64,000 nt of DNA from Nageia nagi (lineage: Eukaryota; Plantae; Pinophyta). The stretch spans positions 60,822,001 to 60,886,000 of the forward strand of contig JBITNC010000001.1 of assembly GCA_050084985.1 (NCBI GenBank). The letters run 5' to 3'. Both the position numbers and the translations under genes were made by a program. Shown here piece after piece: positions 41,145 through 53,490 of this stretch (positions are counted from its first letter, which is position 1; the number at the start of each line of letters is the position of its first letter). The notes below the pieces were generated by a model. It saw nothing but the letters and a program-made list of their open reading frames with translations, was not told the origin of the DNA and searched no databases.

Positions 41145-41450
41145 TATAGTTTTAGGGTTTAGGGTTAGGGTTTTGAGTGTTATTTTCAAGGTTCAAGGTT
41201 TACAACTTTGAGGTTTAGGATTGTAAGGGGTCATCTAAGCTCAATATTATGGGATATTTACCTTGATTGTCAAAATATGTAAAAAAATATTTTTTACAAT
41301 TTTAAGGGTTTAAGGTTTTGAGTAAGATTTTCAGGGTTTATGATCTTACAAATTTAAGGTTTAGGGTTTTAAGAGTTTAGGGTTTTGAGGATGGTTTTTA
41401 GTGTTCAAGGTTTACGATTTTAAGGGTTTAGGATTTTGAGTAGGGTAAAT
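41145..41450 (+). repeat. Degenerate TTTAGGG-derived minisatellite, related to 49425-49810
   Basis: tttagggtttagggttagggttttgag; recurring unit gagtaagattttcagggtttatgat.ttacaaatttaaggtttagggtttt. Confidence 0.75.
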
Positions 41451-41619
41451 TTTAATACCCCTCCTTTAGAAGTGGTGTATAAAATATTAGCAAATCTACT
41501 TGAAACCTAATTATAAATGATGGCTAAATTAAATAAAATAAATAAATTTACTATGTAAATTGGTAGATGAATTTTATATAATTTTTTTTAAATCATTCCA
41601 AGCTTGTAGCACATCAAAA

Positions 41620-42455
41620 TGAGTATAAATATTGTTCATTTATTTTTTAAAAATAGACTTCATTTATACATTGCTTGTGTAAATGTAATTTATTTATCTT
41701 TTTTTATTATAAATAATTTTGCAAGTTTTAGTGTAAACATAGTTTGTTTAGAACAATTTGGGTGTAAACACTATTCATTTACTTTTTGTAAATACACTTC
41801 ATTTATACATTACTAGCGTAAACATAGTTCATTTATCCATTTTTTATTATAAAGAATTTTACATATTTGGGTGTAAATATAGTCTATTTAAACTAGTTTA
41901 GGAGTAAACATTACTTGTTTATGTTGTGTAAGTATATTTAGTTTATACATGGAGGTTTTTTTACCAATGGTAAATTTTGAGGATCTAGAGCAGATGCAAG
42001 AATGGAGATTTTGGACCAGATGTAATGAGTGAGGTTCATAACTAGTTGTAGAACCAGACCAGTTAAACTTTAGATTAAAATGGGTGTAAATGTTATTTAT
42101 TTACTTTGTATAAACCTATTTATTTTATACATTACTAGTGTAAAGTAGTTCTTTTATCCATTTTTTGTTATAAATAAGTTTACAAGTTTAGGTGTAAATG
42201 TAGTTCATTTAGACCAATTTGGGTATAAATGTTATTCATTTACTTTATGTAAATGTACTTCATTATACATTGCTAGTATAAATATAGTTCATTTATCCAT
42301 GTTGTTTTATAAATAATTTTGCATGGTTGGGTATAAACACAATATTTTTATAAATTGAGGTTTCATATCGATGGAAAATTTAAAGGATCCAAAATGATTA
42401 GAAGAATGGAGATTTTGAACTAAATGCAATGAGGGAGATTCCATACTAGTTATAG
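41620..42455 (+). repeat. Imperfect tandem repeat built on (g)tgtaaa.atagttcattta, with a ~410-bp higher-order duplication
   Basis: The short motif recurs throughout. The block gaggtttt..ggatc..gaatggagatttt..actagtt.tag occurs at ~41950-42050 and ~42355-42455. Confidence 0.75.
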
Positions 42456-42739
42456 TGTTAAATTATTATGTTCACTTAGGAGTATTTTATTTATTTCATA
42501 GGTATTATCTCTAGTAGTTTATTATGGTGATCATAACTACTTCTTTGTCACTTTGTTATTTTCTCCCTCATGCATGGTTTCCATAATGTTGTACACTAGC
42601 TTGTATTTACCCTATTTATTTGGGCTCCATTCTCATTTCAGATTGATCAATTCCAAGGATTTTAGCTTCTCTCTTTATTTTTGTGGTGCTCTTGCATTTT
42701 CCTTTCTAGTTTGATTTTTCGTCCATGCGAATCTTCACA
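42456..42739 (+). repeat. 5' LTR of copia element 2 (284 bp)
   Basis: Aligns with 48678-48963 and is followed by the PBS. Confidence 0.95.
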
Positions 42740-44701
42740 TGGTACTAGAGCATGTTGGATTTTTTGCAAAGCATCTAGACTCTTTATGAAGTTTTCTCAT
42801 ATTTATTTAATTTATTTGGGCTATGTAATTTTTCCTAGACTACACTCCTCTATTTATTCTTAATTTTTGGAGATCATTTTCAATCTATTTTAGATTTGCT
42901 TTATCTTGTGAAATTATTATTGTCTCTCATCCTTGACATACCTACTCAGTTTATACCCATGATGATGTCATAACTTGATGATCTACTATGATCTATGGTT
43001 TTGTTTTCATTGCTTAGCTTTGACTTGTTTGATCTATTATTTGCACATTCGTACCAGATACTTTCTCTTTTTTTATGCATTCATGGGGTACATTTTGTAG
43101 CATCCTTACTTGTGCCTAATGTAGACTAGGTATAGAGCTAGAAAGGTTTATTGATTTGGTTAGACTATTACATATTGAATTTAACCTAGCTTTGAGTATC
43201 TATTCTTCCTCCTCACTCACAGATGCTACATGTACATTTGTAGGAGACATTTATGATAGAAATGATATTTTTTGGCTTCCTGTAAGTTTCTCCTCACTTC
43301 TAATTGAGTTCCTCTCTTTCCTTCTCTCTAAGTGTATCCATGGTATATCTACCTACATTCTCTCTACACACATGACATCTATTTGTTACTATGCATTGGA
43401 TTCCATGTGTTGTCTTTTTTTCAACTTTTCACACCTGTATGCACATTGTTGTGTTGTCTCTCCTTATTGGCATGGTTTGTTTCTTAATCTCTACATCTAT
43501 AAGTGTTTCCTTCTTTGGCTTTATAGCTCTCTTACAACCCTATAACAAGCTTTAGATTAGTGCTTTTAGCACTCAAAAGAAACAAATTTCTAGTCGTCAT
43601 GAGCTCCAGATTAGTGCTACCCCTTGGAACTTCACTTTCTTCCCCCTTTGAGCTCTCTATAAGTGAAAATAAGTTATGGTGATATTTGTGCTTCCATTTG
43701 CAAGTTTTTTAATTATTTCTTGGTTCCTCTATAGTTTGCTCAAAAGTAAAAAAAAAATAAATATTTTTATAATTTTTAAAATCAGATAAATATTTTGATT
43801 TTTTAAATAGTCTAGGAGGGTCATTAATTTAATTTAAAGACATGCATTTAATTATGTAACTTGTACAAATGGACTCAAATTAGAGTGTCATTATTTTGCA
43901 TTATAAAGGTGGAGACAAGAGTTTTCAAGCCATTTGAATTGTAATCTTTGAAGTTAAGTGTGTTTGGGTGGTCCTTTGAAAGTGAATAAAATTTGGGTGG
44001 GGTCTTAATGGTGTCAAGTGCTAGATTTTTGCACCTCCCTTGTTGCATGGTTTCTTGATTTGTTTGGTGTTTTGAATGGAGCATTCATAATTTAAAATTG
44101 AACTTGTCACACCTCATAACTATAAAATTAGAAACCACTGATGTTGATAGTATTAGCACAAAACTAAACACACTCATTAAGAGAAAAAATCATTTTCAAA
44201 TCAAACTATGAAACTTGGTCCTTCACAAAGGCAAATGGTGAAGCATTTGGTCTAATAAAATCAAATGTTAGTGAGAATTTGTAGTTTACAAATTGATAGC
44301 ATAACCACACCACATGAAGCATGGGATGAATTAGAATATTTATTTGGTAAATTTGACACAATAAGGGCCATGCAAATTGATGCTCAACATACTACTTTTT
44401 CTCCTAATGACTATCCCAACATGGTTGATTATCTCACTAAATTAAGAAGTTGTACACACAATTGTTGAGTAGTGGTAAAAAGAAGAAAGAGAAGAATGCA
44501 TTTATTTATTTTATCAAAATTTAAGGATCCATTTCATGTATTTTCTTCTACATTCCTCTCTACAAAGGATGCTATGGGTGATAAATTCACAATGTCCCCA
44601 AATTAGAAGAATTTTGTGAACATATTATAAGGAAAGAGACTAAAAATTTAACTCTTGGCTCATCTTCATCTTCATCTAAGGCATTAAAATAATCTAATAT
44701 A

Positions 44702-45208
44702 TGATGGAATTGAAGGATTCCATATAACCAAGATCACCTTGAAGTTTCTCCAACAAATCATCCATTCAAATATCTAGCAAAGTAAGAAACAATCATACAA
44801 AAGATAGCACATGATGTATAGTGGTTCCTCAATCTCTTGGGAGTACATCCACTTTGAACCATCATTTATTACTTTTCAAAAGATAATTTCTTACAAATTC
44901 TCAACAAAGCTCATACAAGAGCATGTCTACAAGACAAGCATTACCATGCTTGATCAAGTTAGATCAAGTTACATAATGAGAAGAGTACCTCTCTATTTAT
45001 AAGAACTAATCCACCATTTAACCTTACTTTTACCTAAGGGTAAGGATAAAGGTGATTCTATGTTTATCCTCTTTCTATATTTATTCCTCTTTCTATTTTT
45101 ATTCCCTTAATGCTCTAAGGTATCTAAAGATACTTTAAGCATTAAGTGATTTACATAAAGAGAAATATTATACAAATATTACACAATATTACATTACAAT
45201 TTTTAACA
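44702..45208 (-). mobile_element. Solo LTR nested in the gag of copia element 2
   Basis: TG...CA termini with flanks atata/atgta (4 of 5 match). It shares gtggttcctc..ggagtacatccact and taaggtatc..gata.ttaag with the copia-1 LTR family in reverse orientation. Confidence 0.75.
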
Positions 45209-48200
45209 ATGTAAAGGAAGCCAAGCCTAAGCTAAACCACACACATACTAGCTCCAAAGCCCCTAACTCAAATCCACTCAAGATAAGTGAATCCTACTTG
45301 TTTTATTATGGAAAGCTTGACATGTCATTGAAAATGTTACAAAAAATGAAAGATGATAAAAGAAGCAAATATGAAATTCTCATGTATTAGACAAGGATTT
45401 GAATGTTCATGGAAAAAAATTCTATTTAGAGAGTTGAATTATGGATTTAGTGCTCTCATCAATGACTCCATCTAGAATTTCATCTTTTGTTCTAATCTAC
45501 TTCTAGTATGAGTTGATGATTCTCTCACATTCTATGAGGAAAGGGACATTCTTGTTGCAAGTGGTTGCATCTTATGTGCTTTTGGTTCTTATATATATTC
45601 CAACCGTTTTTACGAATTAGATCTATAATACTATGGTTGAGAACTATTTTATCACACTTAATGATTTGAGATCATAGTTTGTAGGATCCATAGTCACTTC
45701 TTGTATGAGGTGATGTTGATCATTCTTTAAGGCTCTATCAATTTAAGGGCTTTGATGATGCTAATTAAGTACTCAATTGGTTTCCCATGTAGATTCTGTA
45801 AGTAGACTTTAGCATGAGAGGTTTAGGCACCTCAACTATAGATATTTACAAGAGTTGTATGCTCATGATATGGTCATTAGCTTGCCTAAGGTATCTTGTT
45901 CTGATGGTGTTTTCTTAGGTTGTATCCTTGGGAAGCAACATCAAGATCCTTTTCTTAAAGGTAAAGCTAACTATGCATCTTCTATTTTAGAGTTGGTTCA
46001 TAGTGATTTGATGGTCTTTCCACATCCATCCTTCATAGGAGCTTAGTATGCACTGAATTTCATTAATAATTTCTCAAGAATACTTGGGTGTATTTTCTCA
46101 AGTATAAGAGTGATGTCTTTGCTCGCTTCAAATTCTTAAAAGCTTTGGTTAAGAATCAATATTCTAGTTGCATCAAGAAGCTTTGTATAGATAATGGGGG
46201 AAGCATTTTAGAATAGAGTTTTCAAAGTTCTTTAAGAAACATGGAATAATTCATTAGCATTCATTCCCTCACACCCCATAATAGAATGGAGTTGCAAAAA
46301 GAAAGAATAGAACACTAAAGGAGATGTCCAGTTGTATGATGTGTTCTAGGTACTTGCTTCCTATTTTTTGGGCTAAGGTAGTCAATTATGTGAACTAAAT
46401 TTAGAATCATACTCATCATTAGGAACTTGATCACATGACTCTTGAAGAGGCTTGGAGTGGAACCAATCTAGATGTGTCTTTATTTAGAGTGTCTGTAGTC
46501 ATGCTTAGGCTTTCATTCCAAAGAACAAACACAAGGCCTTGGATAAGAAGAGCAAGCCTCTCATCTTTGTTAGCTATAGTGAGGATATGAAGGCATATAA
46601 ATTGATTTATATTAATACCCATGATCTTTTCTTCTACACTCATGTTCAATTTGATGAGTGCCTTCCTTATTCTCCTCTTCATCTCCTTCTTTGATCTTAC
46701 CTAACTCCTATGATACATTTTCTAAGGTATTTCATGAGGAGGATATTCTTGAGGTTGTTTCTCCCACAATAGCTATTGATCCTCTTACACCATCACCACT
46801 TGCAGTTGTTGCTACTCCTATTGATGTTGCATCTTCTTCCACTATTGGTAGTTGCATGGTCAAATGGGCTCACTCTAGACTTGAGGATGCAACACCTTTC
46901 ATCAAGTATCTCCCTCCTTCCCACCGCTATTCCACCAATTCTAATCTTGTTGGTTAGGCACATTTAGGTGATCCATAGACATTTTTAGAGGCTCATGGTA
47001 TACCAGAGTGGGATGATGCCATGGCAGCTGAGTATTCTTCCTCACTAAAGAATAATATTTAGGGCTTGCTTCTCTTCCCCATGGGAGGAAGTTGATTTAG
47101 TGTAAATGAGTGTACCAAACCAAGTATGTAATTGATGATTCCATTGAAAAGTATAAGTCTCATCTTATTACCAAGGGGTTCTCACAAGTTGAAGGGATTG
47201 ACTACTCTAAGACCTTTTCCCCTATGGCCAAGATGGATTCAATTCATCTTGTACTTGTTCTTATTGTTGCTTAGGTATGGTCAATGTTTTATATGGATGT
47301 GAAAAGCACCTTTTTGCATGATTATTTACATGAAGAGATCTATATGGATCAACCTATCAGTTTTATCTATGATTCTTCACTTATTTGTAGGTTTAAAAAA
47401 TTTCTCTATGTTCTCAAACAAGATCCTTGAGCATGGTATGCAAAGATAGAATCTTTCCTTCTCTCCATTGACTTTTTTGATGTTCCTCTTATCCTATAAT
47501 ATATATTTGGATACATGGAGAAAATATCACTATTTTGGTGTTGTCTGTTGATGACCTTCTCATTTACACCTCTTGCTCTCACATTCAAAAAGTTCAACAA
47601 GCTCTCTTTGAGAAATTTGAGATGGAAGATCTTGTACTTGCCCATTACTTTCTTGGTTTTTAGGTGACATAAATAGATTTAGGGATTTCCATATCTTAGT
47701 AGAAATATACCTTAGATCTTCTTCAACAATTTAGGATGGTAGATTGTAATCCTTCTCAAACCTTTTTAGAGTAGGGTGACTTTGACTTCCACTTGTACTT
47801 CACCATTATGTGATGCTACTCTATATCACCAATTGGTTGGGAGTCTTCTATATCTCACCAATACTCAATCAAATATTTCATATATTGTTGGTATTATTTC
47901 ATGGTTTGTACAGACCCCTCATGAGTCTCATTGGAAGGCATCCAAGAGGATTCTTTGATATGTGAGGGGCACTACCCACTTTAGTCTGAATTACATAAGA
48001 GGTGATCCAATGTTGAGTGGATATATAGATTTTGGTTGGGCTAGTTCTAATGATGATCATTGTTCCACTTTTGAATATGTAATTTTTCTTGGTACTTATC
48101 CCATCGCTTGGTCATGTAAGAAGCAATAGGCTATTGCACTATTATTGATTGAGATAGAGTATAGAGTAATTATTTATGCTTATTAAGAGGCACTTTGGCT

Positions 48201-48677
48201 TTGATAGTTATTGGAGAAGTTTGGCTACCCCCAGTATTATACCATAGTTCTTTAGTGTGACAACCAGAGCATTATTTATATTTTGTGTAATCCTATTAAG
48301 CATCAACACACTAAACATATTGAGGTCCACATGCACTTCATCTATCAGCATATTCAAGATCATATTCTCAACTTGGAGTACATTCCTATAGAGCAACAAA
48401 CTATGGAAATGTTCACTAAATCCTTTACATCACCTCATTTTCTTGAGTTGTGTGGCTTGCTTAGGGTGAAGAAAGTTGTCCTTGGGGGCCATTGATAAGG
48501 AAATCTTCCTCTTCATCCTCTCTCTTCTACTATGAGATGGTTTTCCCTTGTGTGGTTGTTTCATCATCTTTCAGTAGATTCTTTGCACATATTGTACATG
48601 AGTAACTAATCAAGCCTTGTTGTTGGACTCATTTTTTATGGATGTGCCACTTTACCTACTTGTTCACTTAAGGGGGG

Positions 48678-48963
48678 TGCTAGAGTATTAAGTTCACTTA
48701 GGAGTATTTTATTTATTCACTAGGTATTATTTCTAGGTAGTTTGTTGTGGTGATCATAACCACTTCTTTGTCACTTTGTGATTTTCTCCCTAATGCATGG
48801 TTGGTATGCTATTGTACACTAGCTTGTATTTTCCCTATATTTTTGGGCTCCATTCTCATTTTAAATTGATCATTTTTGAGGATTCCATATTCTCTCTTTG
48901 TTTTTATGGTGCTCTTGCATTTGTCTTTATGGGTTTGATATTCTCTCCATGTGAATCTTCACA
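48678..48963 (+). repeat. 3' LTR of copia element 2 (286 bp)
   Basis: Preceded by the PPT and followed by the TSD TATAG. Confidence 0.95.
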
Positions 48964-49424
48964 TATAGAACTTGACTAATTAAACTTGTTGTAGATCAAA
49001 ATGTTATAAATCATTTGCAATCTTAGAAAAACTCATGACTAAGAAAAGATCAATATTCTACTCAATCAAAAAATAAACATAAAGTTTTAGCTTCCTCTAT
49101 GATGTGATGTACTGATGGTATGGGATGGGATATATATATATATATGATTAGATTAGAATTGAAGATAAAATAAGCATATAGTTTTATCTTTTTTTAATTT
49201 TAAGGTAAAAGTACACCAAATATGATTAGAATTGAAGGCTAATATATTTTAAAAAAAATTAAAAATAACTTATATAATTGTTGGCTATAATGATCAATAA
49301 CTTAAAAAACTTATCAAATTTTGGCATTAATGTAGGAATGAATATGCACTATATTAGATAAATCAAAAATTAAAAATCCTAAATTATAGCCATGATTAGC
49401 CAAATAGCCCACTAAAATTTTCCT

Positions 49425-49810
49425 GATTTTGAGTAAGATTTTTTAAGGTTTATGATTTTACAAATTTATGGTTTAGGGCTTTAAGGGGTCTCTAATCTCA
49501 ATACTACAAGATTTTTTCCTTGATTACCAAAATATGTTAAAAAAATTATTTTTTACAAGTTTAAGGGTTTAGGATTTTGAGTAAGATTTTCAAGGTTTAT
49601 GATTTTATAAATTTAAGGTTTAGGGTTTTAAGGGTTTAGGGTTTTGAGTAAGATTTTCATGCTTTTGGGTTTATGAGTTTAAGGGTTTAGGATTTTGAGT
49701 AAGATTTTCAATGTTTATGATTTTATAATTTTAAGGTTTAAGGTTTTAAGGGTCCTCTAATCTCAATATTACAAGATTTTTACCTCAATTACCAAAATAT
49801 GTGAAAAAAA
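49425..49810 (+). repeat. TTTAGGG-derived minisatellite
   Basis: Repeated ttttgagtaagattttcaaggtttatgatttta...ttaagggtttaggg units, colinear with 41220-41440. Confidence 0.8.
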
Positions 49811-50449
49811 TTATTATTTTTAAATTTAATCTAAACCCAATAAATACATCTATAATACAAAACATGTACAATTAATTTAATCTAAAATATGTACAATCAA
49901 AGCTTTATTTCTAATATAATATCTATTTTTTTAAAATTAATAGCATAACATAATTTATTATTTTTAAATTTAATCTAAACCTAATAAATTTGAGAACAAT
50001 CATCATTTACAGGAAGTAAACCCCTAATCTAGATAAAAACATTCATTTTCACCCAAAAAACCCTTAATCTAGATAAAAATAATAATTGTTTACCCAAATC
50101 CTTAATCTAAATAAAAACAACTAATTTTTACTAAAAAAAATCAGAAGAGAGATTGCGAGGCATACCTCAAAGGGGGAATGATGGTGATCACTATAGGGAT
50201 AACTTGGAGGGTAAATAGGGACCTCTAAAATTGGGATTATGACTCTTGAAACCATGGGCATCACCAAGTCATTACATTTGTAGGTGAAAATGATTATAAA
50301 TAGCTTGGAAGGGAAGCCATGATTATTTATATTTAGGCCTCATGATCTTGAGGATCGAGATCTTAGGGTTCAAGATCTTGACCCCTGGGATCCTAAGGTT
50401 GTACCCAAGATCCTATACCAATGTTAAAAAAACTAAGTTACAATGAATT

Positions 50450-53400
50450 CCTTCAAAGTGGGACTCAAATTTTGATACTTACCATAAATAAAAAATCTAG
50501 TTGGAGACTATTTCATTTATGATTTTCTTCCTGATTGATTTAGACTTTATTCAGATTGTCATCTTTAAACTCATCCATCTCATCTATTTTGATAATCTCC
50601 TTTTTAGATATAAATAATTCATGAGAATCTTGTATCATAATACTAATTAATAACTTATATCAAAAACTTCTTTTGATTTATTTTTAACTAAGCATTTCAA
50701 TCAAAAATCCATTGGAAAAATTTGTATAGTTGAAAAGACATTGGTCTAAAATCAAATTCTCAAGATAACTCAGTTGGTGAAGAATATGACAATTAGGTAC
50801 TTGTAAAATAGACATGATAGTAATCAAGTAAAACAGACTCAGCTATTTGGTATTTTTGGTATGAATAAATGGTAATTAGCTTCTTGGGATTGTAGGACTT
50901 GATAGATAACGGTAAACTATCAAAGGATTTTTAAAGGATATGAATATTTGAAGCATGCTCCCTTAGTATTACCAAAATAGAATCTACCTAATCTTTTAAA
51001 GAATAACCAATTATCGATATCAACCCTTTTCAACATAAAATGATCATTCATGTTTCTAAGGATAATTTTAATGAGGCCCTTTTCTATGCAATGAGCAAAG
51101 AACATAATATTACCTAAGAAAATAGAATGTCAAACCTCTTAGAATCAAGAGAGGTTTGGATGGGTGTACCTTTCTAGGAACATCCATTTCATGTGAATAA
51201 ATTAGGTGGATTCAAATGTGTTAATCCAAAATAAGATAACATCAAAAATCACATCAGATTTACCTATGATATGAAACATTTTCAAGTACACATTCCATAG
51301 TTGCACTACTACCAAAAAATGGATTTGTGTCCAAATTCTTTGTTATTTTTTTGTGTTTTTCCAATTTTTTTGATGCAAAAAAGGATGCAAATGGTAAGTC
51401 AAAATTTACATCATTTTTTGCATCCTTTTTTGTTCACTTGTTGTATCCTTAGCACCACTTTTTGCATCCTTTTTTGGATCCTTAAAACACTTTTTGTATC
51501 AATTTTTACATCACTTTTCATTTTTTGCACAATTTCAGAATTGTATTTTGTCATTTTTCATAACTTGCATCAAATTTTATAATTTTCAAAAACAAATATC
51601 ATAGAATCATAGATATTTTAATTCTATGTGATTTAAAAAAAAGGGCTTAAAATGATATCCAGATCAAAAGTTACAACCTCTACAAGTTACATCATTTTTA
51701 TTAAGTCTTTGGGACAATGACATAGGTCTGTTAAACTAGTTTAGTTTAGAATTTAAAATTTAAATTTATTAATATAGTAATATTTTTAATGCCTACTTCT
51801 TTGTTAGCCTTTGAAGGAGTTTTCTTTATTCTTGTTATTTGCCTTGGGTGCATAGCTACGATTGAAACCTAAAAACTAAGGAACAAAAAAATTAGCTAAA
51901 GTGTATGAAATGTAAAGATTATAGGGAAGGCTTGTTGATATATATATAGATAAGAGAGGGTATTTTGGTATTGGGTAATCACTTTTGATAAGAATGGACG
52001 AAATGAATGTGAGTCATTGATTGGTTGATTGATGAATAGGTAAAACATGTTTTATGTTTTTGTTAATGAAATGCGATGCAAAATTTGCATCAAAATTTAT
52101 GTCTAAATTTGTGTTGAAAAAAGTGAAAAATGGAAAAAAAATAAAATGATGCATGTTGATGCAAAAGGATGCAAATTAACATCAATTTTCATTTTTCATG
52201 TTTAAAGATGCAAAAAAGGATGCAAATCAATCTTTTGGTCATAGTGTTGGGAAACTATAAGAGGTGATTACAAACACAAGAACCTTCTTATGCTATCTTC
52301 CTTGATCCAAAATTATTATATTTTTTTCAAGAAAGATAATAATAAATCTTCAATAGAGAAGATTAAATCATACCCCAATATTGATTAGGTCTACAAACTT
52401 CATCAGAAATTCTCTTGATTCTAATTAACCCCCAAATAGTACAAGTCCATAGCTACTTCCTTTTGAAAAAAAAAACTTATCACTCATCTTCATGACTCCA
52501 AATCACCTTTGCTGAATATCTTTATCAAACTTTATATAGTTCAATAGAATTCTCTTATTTATTTAGATCTTGAATCTTAGACCAATTAAGTTACCATTCT
52601 CTTTCCTTGATATAGAAAAAATAAATTTAGCTAATATGAACACTAGTATCACCATATTTATCTTTGATGAACATAGAACACATCTCACTATTAGCATTAA
52701 AAGCCAATCTGACATGATGACTATATGAAATAGTCCCATCAGGCGTGCTAGAAATGGACTATTGATCCAAAGAATGCAATCCAATATTTTTGTGAGGGTG
52801 TTTTCATATTAGTTCATGATCATGAACTAATTGTCCTTGGATGAATTAATTTTTAGCCAATTCAACCTTTAGTATTTTATTTATTGGATGGTTCCTAATG
52901 AGCCTTTAAACATTTAAGTTATCATAATTCATAGATAACACTATGATCCATTGAACAATAAAGATTCTAGGAACACTAAAGATAAATATTCTTTAAAGAA
53001 TTTTGCCATTCGTAAGGGGCTTTTAGTTTGGAAATCCAAGATCCCAAATATCAATATCTCTTGGATAGAGACATAATCTTCTTGAGAAATTTTCTACAAA
53101 TAGAGAGATGAATAGAATCTTGAGCCTCTATTGATCTGATTTAATTTAGGACAATCCTATTTGAGTTGAGTCTTTAACCAATAGGATTGTATATTATTCT
53201 TGTGAAATGTTAAATCCAAATAGGATTCACCTTTCATAGATAAGATGATATTACCCATTCATTGAAGCTCTTGAAACCAATAATCATGAGGTTTACTTTC
53301 CAGAGACATAGATGTACACCCATTAAAAGGCTCCTCACTAACACAAAAGATAATTTGACTTAGATTTCAATATCCAATTTTATCAGGATGGGGCCTTGTC

Positions 53401-53490
53401 CATTATAAAATGGCTAAAAAAAAGAGGAGAGTAATTGAAAGGAATACAAGGTTACAAGTGCAGGAAAGAAAGGAAAATGATGTTTCTTGG
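50450..53490 (-). pseudogene. Long decayed ORF of unidentified repeat family, split by a CACTA insertion
   Basis: Minus-strand frames stay largely open over ~2 kb when 51304-52249 is removed, with scattered stops and a few frameshifts; includes ORF 50920..51105. A second copy lies at 25510-26230. Confidence 0.45.
51304..52246. mobile_element. Non-autonomous CACTA (En/Spm) transposon, 943 bp
   Basis: TIRs CACTACTACCAAAAAATGGATTTG and (reverse complement) CACTATGACCAAAAGATTGATTTG. 3-bp TSD TTG at 51301-51303 and 52247-52249. Subterminal GATGCAAA/TTTGCATC repeats at both ends. Confidence 0.93.

Larger units (their letters stand above)
42456..48963 (+). mobile_element. Full-length decayed Ty1/copia retrotransposon with perfect 5-bp TSD
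   Basis: LTRs 42456-42739 and 48678-48963 (TG...CA), PBS tggtactagagc at 42740, PPT aagggggg, and TSD TATAG at 42451-42455 and 48964-48968. Gag (TPHEAWDELEYLFGK), integrase (CILGKQH, LELVHSDL), RT and RNaseH (TKHIEVHMHFI) are in copia order. Confidence 0.96.

Noticed and set aside
41145-41450. True telomere or chromosome fusion site
   Set aside because: At most two or three consecutive perfect TTTAGGG units, embedded in a complex dispersed repeat.
43156-43545. 129-aa ORF and other short hydrophobic ORFs in the track
   Set aside because: They lie in TE leaders, LTRs or repeats and reflect T-rich composition; no homology is evident.
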